Origin: Girardia tigrina | Taxonomy: Eukaryota | NCBI GenBank assembly: GCA_001938485.1 | Contig: MQRK01233770.1 | Span: 1-64,000, forward strand | Direction: 5' to 3' | DNA: 64,000 nt | Shown here: positions 23,223-35,206 of the stretch, one piece after another | How positions within the stretch are numbered: the stretch's first letter is position 1 | How the letters are laid out: each line of letters starts with the position of its first letter | Translations under genes and position numbers: made by a program | The notes under the pieces: model-generated | Seen by the model: only the letters and a program-made list of their open reading frames with translations | What the model was told of the DNA's origin: nothing | The model's database searches: none

Positions 23223-24191
23223 TGTAAGGATAAATAATGTATATTAATATTTATATGCCTAATATTATCATTTATATATGTTAGGGTTTTGGAAAAGCAT
23301 ATGAACACTTCTTGATAAAATTTTATATAAGTAAAAATTTAAAATAATTCTTTTTGGTAAAATTATTAATTTCAAATAAAATAATATTTAGTTTAACCAA
23401 ACTTGGAATTAAAAATTATAAATGTTTGTTTTACTTCATCAAAAATTATAAATATTTTACTCTTTGTTTTATCTCATCAATTTTCAAGGCTGAGGAAAAT
23501 TACTATATAAACAACATCAAATCTAGTTTTAGTTTGCCCAAAAATATTTGCAAGAAATTTAATCAAGAAGAAGTCGCGTTAACAAATAACATAAAAGCTT
23601 ATTTTATTTTTATTTTATTCTTTTAAAAATATTATTAAACTATAAGTACCCCGTATAGAAGAAGAAGGTTTAATTTAAAATCTTTGAATTTTAATTAAAT
23701 CATCGTTCGACTTTGGAGATTCACAGTTTTTACTGTAATCTGTTAACTCGCACGAAATATTGATTGTGTTTGTATTCTGTCATCAAGAATTGAATTATTA
23801 TTATTATTTGTGACTTGTTGATATTTGTTATTTGAAATAAAGTTTGATAAAAGAATTTGTGTTCATTATTCATATATTTATGTTGGAAGTCTTTTCTGAA
23901 TAATTGATCTGACGATCAAAAGATTAAAGATTATTGATTAAAGAATAAAGAATAGAAATTTACGAGTAAAGATTAAGATTTAAGATTTGTATTTTTAAAA
24001 GTAAATATTTGAAATTAAAGATAATTTTAATAAAACCCAACATATATAGTATAATTATGGATTCCAAATATTCGTATAAAAATTCTCTTGAAAGCCGATT
24101 TGTTTAAATATTCGAAAGGCATAAAATTTGAATTATTATATAAATCTTGTTGGAATTAATTCGTTCTCATTTATTATGGAAACTCCTTACA
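23223..24191. mobile_element. Short solo LTR (about 200 bp) hosting a nested solo LTR
   Basis: Perfect 8-bp inverted termini TGTAAGGA...TCCTTACA; flanks ATCGT / ATCGC (5-bp TSD with one mismatch). Confidence 0.7.
23279..24042 (+). mobile_element. Solo LTR, family 1, second copy
   Basis: TGTTAGGGTTTT...AAAACCCAACA, TSD TATA (23275-23278, 24043-24046); collinear with 2965-3700 over its whole length. Confidence 0.85.
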
Positions 24192-25089
24192 ATCGCTATG
24201 GAATTAAATCGGTGATTATATAAATGGAAAACATACGAATAGAATGACGCAAAAGCGTTCTCCATCGTTCGTTCTATAGAAAGCGTACATGCGAACAGGA
24301 CTGCTGTTGGATATGCAATTTACATTCCGAGATTTAAAATGTTTACGACGACGAATGCATCAAAACACGGACTATATAAACAAATCCACCAGTATCGACT
24401 CGGATTTAGCTGCATCGAAACCGCATCTCATTAATCACTACAGAATCATATTGGAATTTCCTCACTTCAACTGGCTTGAGAGACTTTAGGGTTTTGTGTG
24501 TGGGGGTGCCAAATATCGGCGAATCACGTTTAGATAAATACCAATGAACTTCGTAAAAGAAAAGATCACGTTTTGATGTTTTGTAGAGAGAAATACATTA
24601 CTGCTATTATTAAATAAAATTTAATAAATATTTGCTATTTATTGTCTGATTTTGTTTATTCTGCATTAAAAATGTAAAATGACGATTTTTTAAACACCAA
24701 ATTTCGTTTTTTCTTGTGTCATCTTTATTTCTGTTTCAAGTTATAAATTTCCCTACTATATTTCAATTTGGAAAATATTAATTAAAAAAATAAAATTTTT
24801 TTGTAAATTTTAATTTTAAATTGCCCTATTAAAACGAAAATGCAAAAATGTTGTGTAAGTATATTAGTGTGTCTTCGAATTTTTTGGTGTGTTTGTGGTT
24901 TTTATATGTGTTTTTTTGCATGTATATTTTGTTTTCATATAGTAATGCTCTTTTAAAATGAAAATGCTATATCTAATTGAAAAATGATTGAATTGCATTG
25001 GTCAGTTAATATTTACATGATAAGTTTTTTTAACTTTTATGTATAGAGTGTCCTATTTAAGTGCCACAGTGCCCTATCAAGAAGAAAAC

Positions 25090-25120
<31 letters not shown>

Positions 25121-25125
<5 letters not shown>

Positions 25126-28100
25126 CCGGCTCAAGGTGTTTTGCCGCCCGAGGCAAGATCCCAGCTTGCCGCTCTAACTAAAAAGCACCAATATATTAAA
25201 AAATACCTTAAAGTAAAACTAAGAGTGACGTACAAAATCGTATAATTGCAAAACATTAAATCCAAACAGTACAAACACAAAAAGCAAGCAAAATACATAC
25301 AAAATTGGCATATTTTAACATGACTTAGTGAAAGAAGTTTACTTTCCTACACTTTTCCGATGCAAAAGCCTTCAATAAATCAGTAAAATCTAATTTTTTA
25401 GCAATATCACTTTCTATGGAAATTAAAGAAAGACCTGTCAAACGATTTTGTGACATAGTAGATCTTAAGTAATCTTTAATTAATTTCAGTTTTGAAAAAC
25501 TACGCTCTCCAGATGCAACTGATACTGGCTGTGTTAACAGAATTTGTAAAGCAATAGAAACATTTGGAGTGAAATTATTGTTTCTTAAAATAAACTGTAG
25601 TACTTTTATTGGTGACGTTTTTGGTTCAATTAATTCAGACAATGCAAGCAATTCATCTACTAATTCCACGCCATCAATATCTGCAGAAGTATCTGTGCTT
25701 AATATTTTTTGAAGATTTAAACATTTTTCTCTAAGACTTTCCTTTGAAAAATCTTTTTTAATATTTGCAATATCGTACAGGAATTCAAAAGCATCACAGT
25801 GTTCATTTAACTGGTTAAATCTTTTTTCAATCGAATTTATAGCACTATCCAAAATGCAATTAAAACATTCTATTTTAAATCTATCTTTTGGATTTATAAT
25901 GGGATCATCTCGAGTTTCATAAGAAAACATTTGTTTTTTAAACCTTNNNNNNNNNNNNNNNNNNNNNNNNNNNNNNNNNNNNAAATCTAGTTCAGCTGCA
26001 ATTAATTCTGCATCAGAAATAACTTTTTCAAAAGCTTCATCTGAGCGATATAACTTTAAGAAGTTAACAGTTTTGTTCAAAATTTGTTTGGCTTCAGAAA
26101 TGTCAAATTCAATATTCCGAATAACTTTGCTGGCTAACTTTACTTGGTTAAAAATATTGAACCATATCACAGTACAGCAACAAAATTTAAAGTTTTTCAT
26201 CTTTTGAGCTAATACCTCTGCTTCATGACGTGAAGATGGATCATAAGAAATGTTAAGAGAACTCACACATTTGACAGAACATTTATTACATTCACAATTT
26301 TTATCATCTTTATGATGATCAACAGTAAGACTTTCACTAGATTCCATCAATCAATTTTTCAATATCTCTCATTATAATCTGAACTAACTTGNGAAAAATA
26401 TTTTATTTAAAAATATTTACTTTAAATTTTATTGGCTGAAAGAAAATATTTTTATAGTTATTTTTAAACATTAATTTGATTTTAATTATTTAAAAATTTA
26501 CAAAAAGAAAATCATTAAAATTATTTAAAAAGTACAATAATAAAAACTTAAAAATTTGAATATTAAATCTAACTTTAAATAAATTAGTTTCAGATTATAA
26601 AAATTAAATATTGACAATCCATCTGGTTAGGAGAGGCACAATCCCAAATCAACATACAACATTTAANNNNNNNNNNNNNNNNNNNNNNNNNNNNNNNNNN
26701 NNNNNNNNNNNNNNNNAAAATTAAATATTGACAATCCATCTGGTTAGGAGAGGCACAATCCCAAATCAACATACAACATTTAAACATACAAAAACTACAC
26801 AAAAACATCCACACACCAAATATTCCTCACAAGAAATGTCCTGGCTGATTTCAAAAAGAACATCAAAGATTTATCCAGCACAGTATCGAAAAGGTCGCAC
26901 AGCTTCAATCCTGCTTTCCCATCTTGTTGCACTCAAAGGTTTGGAAAGATTTTTTTTCCAAGATGATTTTTCAAAACTGTCCATCTACGAGATGATCCAC
27001 TCAGAAAGTTATAAATGGCTTGCACCATTCCAAAATAAGCCACAGCTTCTCTAGATGATTTTGCAGCATCATTAACGACCAAATTTAATGAATGAGCATG
27101 ACATGGTACAAAGAAGGCTCTGCTGTTCTTTTCCAATATTCTTTTCTGCACTCCTGACTGATGTCCTCTCATATTGGCACCGTTTTCCCAGTTTGAGTCA
27201 ACATTTGTAGAATAACATCTGTGAGTGCTGCACCAGTTGTCTGCTCTACAGGTATGAAATCGATGAAATGTTCACAGACTTTAACTTCAGCATTTTCCAT
27301 CTGAACAAAACGTAGCACAATTGACATTTGTTCCACTTTACTCACATCGTGGGTACAATCCACTATAAAGGAAAAATATTTTGCCATTTTCAGTTTTGAC
27401 AAAATTTCTTCACGAATTCGTTTTGCAATTATTTGAATCAGTTCATTTTGTATATTTTTCCCCAAGTAATGGGTGTCAATCTCCTTATTTTTTATTCGGT
27501 GAGCATGATCTGCCATAACTGCATTAAACTGTGCTAGTAGTTCAACTAGTTTCAGGAAGTTTCCATTACTTTTCTCATGCAAGACAACTGAATTTCCACG
27601 AAAGGCAAGGCATTGTTCTCCTAAAAATATCACAATTGCAAATAATCTTTCCAGAACTAACTGCCAACGCTGTATCTCTGCACTAAGAAGTCGTTGTTGT
27701 GATGCATCAATTGTTTTTTTGGTATCTAGTCGGTTTGCTAATTCCATCCATTTGCTTAATGAACAGATGTGATTTTTAGAAGTTTCATGTTCCTTCAGCT
27801 GTCTGTGCAAATTATTCCAGTCTCCAAAACCGATTGTCTTCAAATGTATGTCCATGTCACCAAACAACTTACATGAGAAACAAAACACAACATCTTTTCT
27901 TTTAGAGTATATAAGCCAGGATCTTTTAACAACTTCACCATTCTTGAGTACTTTTTGCGTGCATGAAGGATTAAATCTTCTGTTGTTGGCATTGACAGGA
28001 AATAAAAAAGATGGATTAGGTGCTGATGGACCATTTTTAACAAGAGTCACTCGAAGATCATCTGGAATTCTATCAGGCCAATTGGCAGGATCTGTCAGGT

Positions 28101-28434
28101 CTGTAGTTGGTAAAGTTTGAAAACTCTGTTATTCTTCTGGCAATGCAATTTGCGAAGTCGTAGATAAATTTGCTTCATCTCCCAATTTAGATTTTTCACC
28201 TTTCAGCTCATTTTCCACTTCCAAGTTTGAACTTCTTTTTGCATCTTGAATTTCATGGATTTCATCACAAACACTAACATCACAAGGATCTCTCATAGTT
28301 GTTGTTGGCTTGCTTTTGATGTTAATAAAAAAATTGCTTAAAGATCCAGACATTTGTTCATCCTCTTCTCTTCGTTTTTCTTTTTGCTTTCCGTAGAAAT
28401 AACCAGACGACTTCTTTCTTTTATGTCCAACCAT
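25121..28434 (-). mobile_element. hAT Tip100-type (ZMYM1-like) transposon with a disrupted transposase
   Basis: Terminus TAGTGCCGGCTCAAGG...TTGCCGCCC at 25121; ORF pieces with TTF zinc finger (WLIYS...FCFSCKLF), LAFRG, IQNELI, PCHAHSLNL and dimerisation motif VSVASGERSFSKLKLIK; the other end lies in or beyond the gap. Confidence 0.93.
26251..26831. mobile_element. Solo LTR-like element, family 2, inserted in the hAT transposase
   Basis: TGTTAAGAGAA...TTCCTCACA termini; TSD AGAAA (26246-26250, 26832-26836); removing it restores transposase ...EISQDISYDPSSRHEA. Confidence 0.8.
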
Positions 28435-28724
28435 TTTTNNNNNNNNNNNNNNNNNNNNNNNNNNNNNNNNNNNNNNNNNNNNNNNNNNNNNNNNNNNNNN
28501 NNNNNNNNNNNNNNNNNNNNNNNNNNNNNNNNNNNNNNNNNNNNNNNNNNNNNNNNNNNNNNNNNNNNNNNNNNNNNNNNNNNNNNNNNNNNNNNNNNNN
28601 NNNNNNNNNNNNNNNNNNNNNNNNNNNNNNNNNNNNNNNNNNNNNNNNNNNNNNNNNNNNNNNNNNNNNNNNNNNNNNNNNNNNNNNNNNNNNNNNNNNN
28701 NNNNNNNNNNNNNNNNNNNNNNNN

Positions 28725-28774
<50 letters not shown>

Positions 28775-29856
28775 TGTATATATAATATACATTTGAGAAT
28801 AATTATTATTATCGATCGATTCAATAATAATGAATTAAACAATGAAATGGTTAGATTTTTTCGTACGTTCTTCGCAAATTCAGTCATAACATGAAGACTA
28901 CATCAAATTTATCGTTTTTGATATCATGGATTTATGTTTTACGACATTCTCGATATTCCTCGTGACATTGGTAATTCATTTTCTGTCAAATACCGCCATC
29001 TCATCGGACAACAACCATCAAATTGCAGTTATTCAGATTTTTGAACGGTGTCGTGATATTTGTCATTTCGATGTTGGAAATTCTGATAATACTGATTGAA
29101 GTGCAGCGATTTCAAGCTTTATATAATTTGTGGATGACCGCTATCCCAAAAATCCAAATATTATTTCTATTAACCCTTTCAACTCTAACGATTCGAACGT
29201 ATGATTATTCAAATAGCAATTTTAACGATAGTTCTTCATCGTACAACTTTGAAAAAGGAGTTAAAGAATTAATTGATAATTGCCAACAGTGAACATGATG
29301 TGACATCTTATCTCGAAATAATATAAATAGATAGTTCCTATGTAATGCCTAAGTATTCTGGTCAGTCAAAGTCCGCTGATTTTAGTAGCATTGGAAAAAT
29401 CTACAAGCTGATTTCCCAATTGTTTTTCTGTGACACATCCAACCGGATCACTATCCATTTGCCGGGTCTTCTGCTTTAGCTGGAAATGGAAATTCGTCTC
29501 ACTGGGCACTCTCGCCTACGAATTTTTATCAAACTACCGGCACCAAAACCGCTTACATTGCTAGTTCACCCAACTAATGTTTAGTAACAGACTAAACAGG
29601 GAAATCAGCGTTTTTACAACAAACTCCATGTGATAATTTCGGTTCACTAATTTTACCTTGGCCAAAAAGATATTTATTGTCACCGAATGATATGACAATT
29701 AATAATATTCCTTAACAATCGGGTGTCTATTGTGTTACTAGTAAACATTACTCATCTCATTACCTAATTATTCTATAACGTTAATGAAAAAGGAAATTAT
29801 GCCCTATTTCTCTTTCCATTACATTGAGTTTATTGCAGTGAGTATGAGAAATTTCA

Positions 29857-30075
29857 TTGATTGAAAAGAAGCAGAATAGATTCATGACAGGGGTCTACAG
29901 AAAACCAAAGGACACTGGTCTTTACAGTACTCTGAGTAGTTTCAGTGACCCAAAATATAATAAAAATATGATTAAGGGTCTAGTGCATAGAGTTTGGAGT
30001 TTAACTTCTTCTTTTGAAATTTTTGATAAAGAAATTGATACTCTTCATAACAGACTTAGTATTAATAATAATTAA
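29857..30075 (+). mobile_element. Penelope-like reverse transcriptase fragment (thumb region)
   Basis: TGVYRKPKDTGLY...S.PKY.KNMIKGLVHR.....S..F..EI..L...L..N is the characteristic PLE RT C-terminal pattern. Confidence 0.85.
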
Positions 30076-30941
30076 CGCAATGAATTCGTCCAACCAGCCC
30101 TTTGAAAACTTTATTTTCAGCTTCTCATCAGCCGATGTTCTACGGTTATAGATTTCTCTGGCTTTATACACCAAAGGTCCGTGAGAAACCAAGATTTTCC
30201 TCTTAATATATTCTTTCTCATACCATGCAAAAAAATTCCTCCTCTAATTCTGCTGAAGTCAGATTCCTTCCTCCACCTTTCATTCTTGTCTGAGGAAGCA
30301 GTTGGGTATCATCTTGTAATCGTTTCTCTTTTTTCTTCCAGTCAATGATGACAGATTGACTAATTTCAAAATGCAAGGATGCAGATTTGTTGGAGGTCTT
30401 CTTGATCTACTCTATTACACTTAACTTGAGTCCAAGTGTGTATGAAATCCTTTTACGATGATTTTTAAAAGTGAGATTTGCCTCATGTTTATTGCATTCA
30501 TCTTTATCTGCAATGTTGACGATGTCCATTGGAAAAACACAACAATAAATCAATATCAATCTGTCATACCAGAAAGTGAATCATACGTCATGCTTTTAGC
30601 TTCCAAGCACTAATCAGTAGAGGCATAAAGTAAGATTATGATATGTTACGGGAGGTGTGTTACGCATACACATAAATTTTATTACTCACACGTGACAACT
30701 GTTTTACTGCACTTCATCACCTCATGGTAAATAGAAGATACAATAACTTGGATAACTCTTTCGCCATCCCCTGTGTGTTTGTAACTGGTGATAGGTACAA
30801 ACGTTGATTTGGACGATGATTTATTTTTTAAATGGTTGTCACTAGACATGTCTTATAGAGCGGTATGTCGCTCTAATTCGGCAATGACGGTCTATAGTTT
30901 CAAATTGCAGTCAACATGTCGCTCTAGTATAAGAAATACGG
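30076..30941 (-). mobile_element. pogo/Tc2-type (POGK-like) element, 5' part
   Basis: Reverse-strand terminus TA|CCGTATTTCTTATACTAGAGCGAC; decayed N-terminal HTH domains (RISYTLGLKLSVIE...; KFSKGWLDEF). Confidence 0.75.
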
Positions 30942-32419
30942 TAAATTATTTTCAATAAGTAGGAATCAAAGAATATACCAATCAGCCACCCGGGTAGGAG
31001 AAACACAATCAACATACAACATGTACAATATAAAACAACAAACAATTCAAAACATTCCTTATATTATGTATATATGCATGTGTGCCACCAATTTATTAAA
31101 CGATTTCCCCTCAACTTTCTGTTGTCCGATTCAGATGAAATTTTCACAATTTTTCATCTCGAGGACAATATGATGAATAATTAAGTCTTGATGAATAATA
31201 ACTAAGCCATTTTTTTGAAAAACTAACACATTTTTCAAAAATTATGGATAAAAAGAAAATCTCATGGTCCAGAAAATCAATATTTATTTTGAAAATTGCT
31301 CATGACATAAATATATATATATAAATAAACTTTAATTAATAAAAAATACAAAAATGCATTTATTACGAAAAATTTACGAAAATTCATAAAGTTTTGATAA
31401 GTATAAAAATACAACTTTAACTTTATATATCTTTTTAATCTATAAATATGAAGCAGAAATTAAATTAAAAATTTTCTATTTATCCAACGTTATTAATTTT
31501 CGGTGATTTTTCGTAATAAATATATTTTTGTATTCTTTTTTGATTGTTGTTTATTAAATTAAATCTTTGTAATGAGGAATTTTCAAAAAGAATTATTGAT
31601 TTTATGGACTCGGGTCTAAAATTTTCCAGTGCTATTTTCTTGTGAATTTGTTATTTAATTTTTCAGTGATTTTTTTCGCACCTAGCATGGCTTAAACTGA
31701 GAATTTATTTTGATTTACTAGTTTCACAAATGTTTCAATTTATCTTAAATTTTTTTGTTAAATAAATTTGTTTTACTGGATGCCGCTTTTCCGCCATATT
31801 CATAATCGACTAAATAATAAAGGTAATTGTGTTTCAATATAAATATTATTAGAATGTATTTTTGACAATTTTTATTTACAAAATTAATTTGCGATGATGG
31901 TTTTTTTTAATAATCGAAAGTGTTTATAATTGATACTGTATTATAAAGAAAAAGACTCGTACAACCAACTTATTGCGTAAACCATTTGTATACAATAATT
32001 TATAAAAAATAATGAATTAAAGAAACTGTCTAGGATTTTAAAGTTTTATGCTTGAATTTTGAGTAGGATTTATTTTACATTTATTATAATAAATATCTAT
32101 TTACATCCTCATGTTAATTGCACCAGTCCCCATCGATATCTGCCGGGTACAGTACTAATTACAACACCTAATTATTTACAACGAAATACTAGTAAAATAA
32201 TATTAATATTGAAAAGTATTAAACAGAATCGAGGCAAAGATGTTTCATTAAAAATACAAGCTTTCCAATATCATTATTAAGGAGTTTTCTCTTGACACTT
32301 TGATTAAGAATCTGGAGTGTCTCAGTATTCTCAGCCTTGTAAAAAAGATTATTGGTCGTTCATAGAGACTCCAAGTTAAAATATTCAATCATTGAATTCA
32401 ATTTTTTCACGAAAAACCG

Positions 32420-32570
32420 GGGTATGGTTAGTTTTGGGTCTCCATCCGGAAAAAAATATAAATCCAGAAATAATCAATTTTTTTCATCCATCATCCCTAA
32501 CCCCTAATCCATAACCCTAGCTCTAACCCCAAATCCTAACCCGGGTGGGGACTCAAAACTAACTACATCC
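32420..32570. mobile_element. 151-bp MITE containing telomere-like CCCTAA repeats
   Basis: 30-bp TIRs (24/30 identical; right copy reverse complement GGATGTAGTTAGTTTTGAGTCCCCACCCGG); degenerate CCCTAA units at 32495-32542; no TSD found. Confidence 0.75.
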
Positions 32571-33739
32571 TAATTTTCCAGTGAAGTATCTAGAAATGGT
32601 GGATTCCGATTCATTTTTTTCAACGTTTTTCTTCAACCGATCTTGTAATTAATTGGTGGTTTTTGTGTTCTCCATACCTGCCTTTTGATGTTTGACGGTC
32701 TTTTGTACCTATAAATTATAACTGATGTGAGTGCGGGGGCAGCGCGGCTGCAGTACCATGGTTCAATTGGAGGGAGTCTGGGTCGAGGGGAACAAAAATA
32801 CATTGGCATCTCGCTTGAAGATTCCATCAAATATCGTTTATTGTTATTCTGTAGACGTCCTCCTTTCATCAGTCGTTTCAGTATATCAAATGACTAAGAA
32901 CTTGAAATCGATAGGATACACAGACATCAGAGCGCGTCATAACTAGAGGACGACATTTGATTTGAGAATCGAGTCCGTGCTTATCTGTTGTACATTGGAG
33001 CTTAGATTGAAGTGAAAGAATTGTAGATGTTATAAGTGAAACATCTTTTTCCGGTTAAATATTTTCAATTAACAATGAAAATATATTTGTTTTCTTTCGG
33101 ATATCTGAAATTCGTTTGATCAATTTCGAATAATCATTTGAAGAATGATAATCGCCTATCATATAAATCATTATTTAATTTTCTATTAAATCTTTATCTA
33201 TTTTTCGGTGATATAAATAAGATCAGGGAGAAGTAACCTTTTATTATCGTTTTCTAAAAGAGTTTTTCTTTCATTTATCAAATCTTTGACAATCGAATAA
33301 AATTCTGATTTATATTTTTGAAATTGAATTTCTATTTCATCGTTTTCGTAATTTATTTTCATTTTGACAATTCGTATTTCAAGACCCTCGAAAACAACTA
33401 GAACCCATTTACAATAATCATCTAACACCATATTTTGAAAAATTTAAAAGGTCATTAATTTTTAATCAATTCATTTTTCTACAAACAAAAAATATCGAGA
33501 CTTTGATCCATTTAAATATTTCGTTGTTTTGTTATCATCAATCAAAAATACGATATTCCAAAACACTTCAGACGATGAAACTTTTAAATTTAAATTTCGC
33601 CAAATAACAACAATCACAATGGATTAAATTTTTTATGTGACTACTGCCACATAAAATAATTTTGTCGATATTTTGACGATAATTTCAATGTAAACTCAAT
33701 ATCTTCGATCAAAAGCGTTCGCGAGACAGAATTTTCAAT

Positions 33740-34046
33740 TGAATAAATCCAAAATATTATTTCTTTCACTCGATCGGAATTCCTTTCCTTAACTGAGCCT
33801 CGAACTTTCTTAATTTATATTAACTGCCCAGTCAGGAATCTGGATATTGTTGACTTCGAAATATTGATATGTTTATTATCCTGCACATATCTTTTCATTT
33901 CGGTCAACGCGGACTGGGGTTTTTCTTCAATGAATTGAATAATGCAATACCCGATTTCATTATTAATTATTGATTTCTTGTAACCTCCCAGCTTGTCGAA
34001 TGAAATGATGCCATATTTGCGGTACTTGTAAATTATTGTTTTGGCC
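33740..34046 (-). mobile_element. Tc1/IS630-like transposase N-terminal remnant
   Basis: Translation TAKTIIYKYRKYG...GG.KKSII...IEEKP...NISKSTISRFL.G...IKKV....ERNSDRVK with a frameshift and a stop. Confidence 0.65.
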
Positions 34047-35100
34047 GTATCATCTGAGATATCTGTAAAAATCAGTTTATCGGGATAATAGATATACAGA
34101 AAATTGTGCGTTATGAATTTACTACGATGAACTGATTTTTACTATCTAAACGTCCACGAGTAAACACACTTGATTGAAAAAAATATATTGTATAAAACAA
34201 TTCAACGTTTACTGATAACTCCAACAAAATTAAAAAATAACCTCACAATAATCGGTCCTGAATAAGTCAAAAATTAACAATAAAGATTGTCCCAATTATC
34301 ACAGTAGGCAAATGTATTGGACTTCTTGATCAGGCCTCAATATGGATGTTGATGCAGATAAGCAAAACCCTCAACTATTGTTGGTTGAAACCCAAATAAC
34401 TCAATCGTCGACTAAGGAGTCCCAATCCATGACAATGAAGCCAAATTTTAATAATAAATTTGTATTTTTAATTTCTGATTGTTTTATCGATCGTAAATTT
34501 AATATTAAATTGTCCTTGGCAATTTAATAATTATTATTTGGATTTGGCTTTATTATATATAATTGGGTGGAAATAGACCATTACTTTTCATTCTTTCTTC
34601 TTTTCTTTCTTTCTGATTAACTTTTTTCTTGTAAAATAAAAAAATAATAAAAAAACATATTGCATAGCTTTCGGACGAGCATTCAAATCAAAAGACCAGA
34701 AAATAATTAATGAAAGATAAGGACCACATAAAAACAATATCTCAACATATGAAACACACACAACACGAAAAATGATACAGTTAAGGAGGTATTACAATAT
34801 CTAATAATTTGGTCAACGTCAGATAATCTTCTGAGTTATTGAAGGCTCTAATATACCTTAGCTTATCAATTTCTGCAATTCTGTCAATAATAAATAAATG
34901 ATATAAATTTAATAGAAAATCGATTTTCGAGTTTTCTTCTCAAGACATACCTCCATCTTTTCACTATCTTCGGATAAACTGATAAAAAAATAATAAAAGG
35001 TCTTAATAAAATTAATAAAATTCAATTTCATTATAATTAAATTTCAATATAACTTAAAAAGGTCTTTGGGTTTCAAACTCTTTTTGTCACCATGGTTCCG

Positions 35101-35206
35101 AAATTCGTGGAACAACTACAATTCGTGGAACAACTACAAATTCGTGGAACAACTACAAATTCGTGGAACAACTACAAATTCGTGGAACAACTACAAATTC
35201 GTGGAA
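35101..35206 (+). repeat. 19-nt minisatellite, about 5.6 copies
   Basis: AAATTCGTGGAACAACTAC repeated; the second unit is 18 nt. Confidence 0.95.

Noticed and set aside
24243-24540. Possible non-LTR RNase H remnant (AVGYAIYIP)
   Set aside because: Catalytic motifs (TDGS, AEL, WVPGH) are not recoverable; too weak to call.
26600-26783. Exact direct repeat on both sides of a 50-N gap
   Set aside because: Most likely overlapping contig ends, not a real tandem duplication.
26254-26830. Cys-rich ORF that would read through a hypothetical circle junction of the insert
   Set aside because: The related copy at 15.5-15.9 kb does not conserve the peptide, TG-rich sequence gives Cys/Val by chance, and the solo-LTR reading explains the ends.
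35101-35206. CRISPR-like array
   Set aside because: Units are contiguous without spacers and the DNA is eukaryotic; it is a minisatellite.
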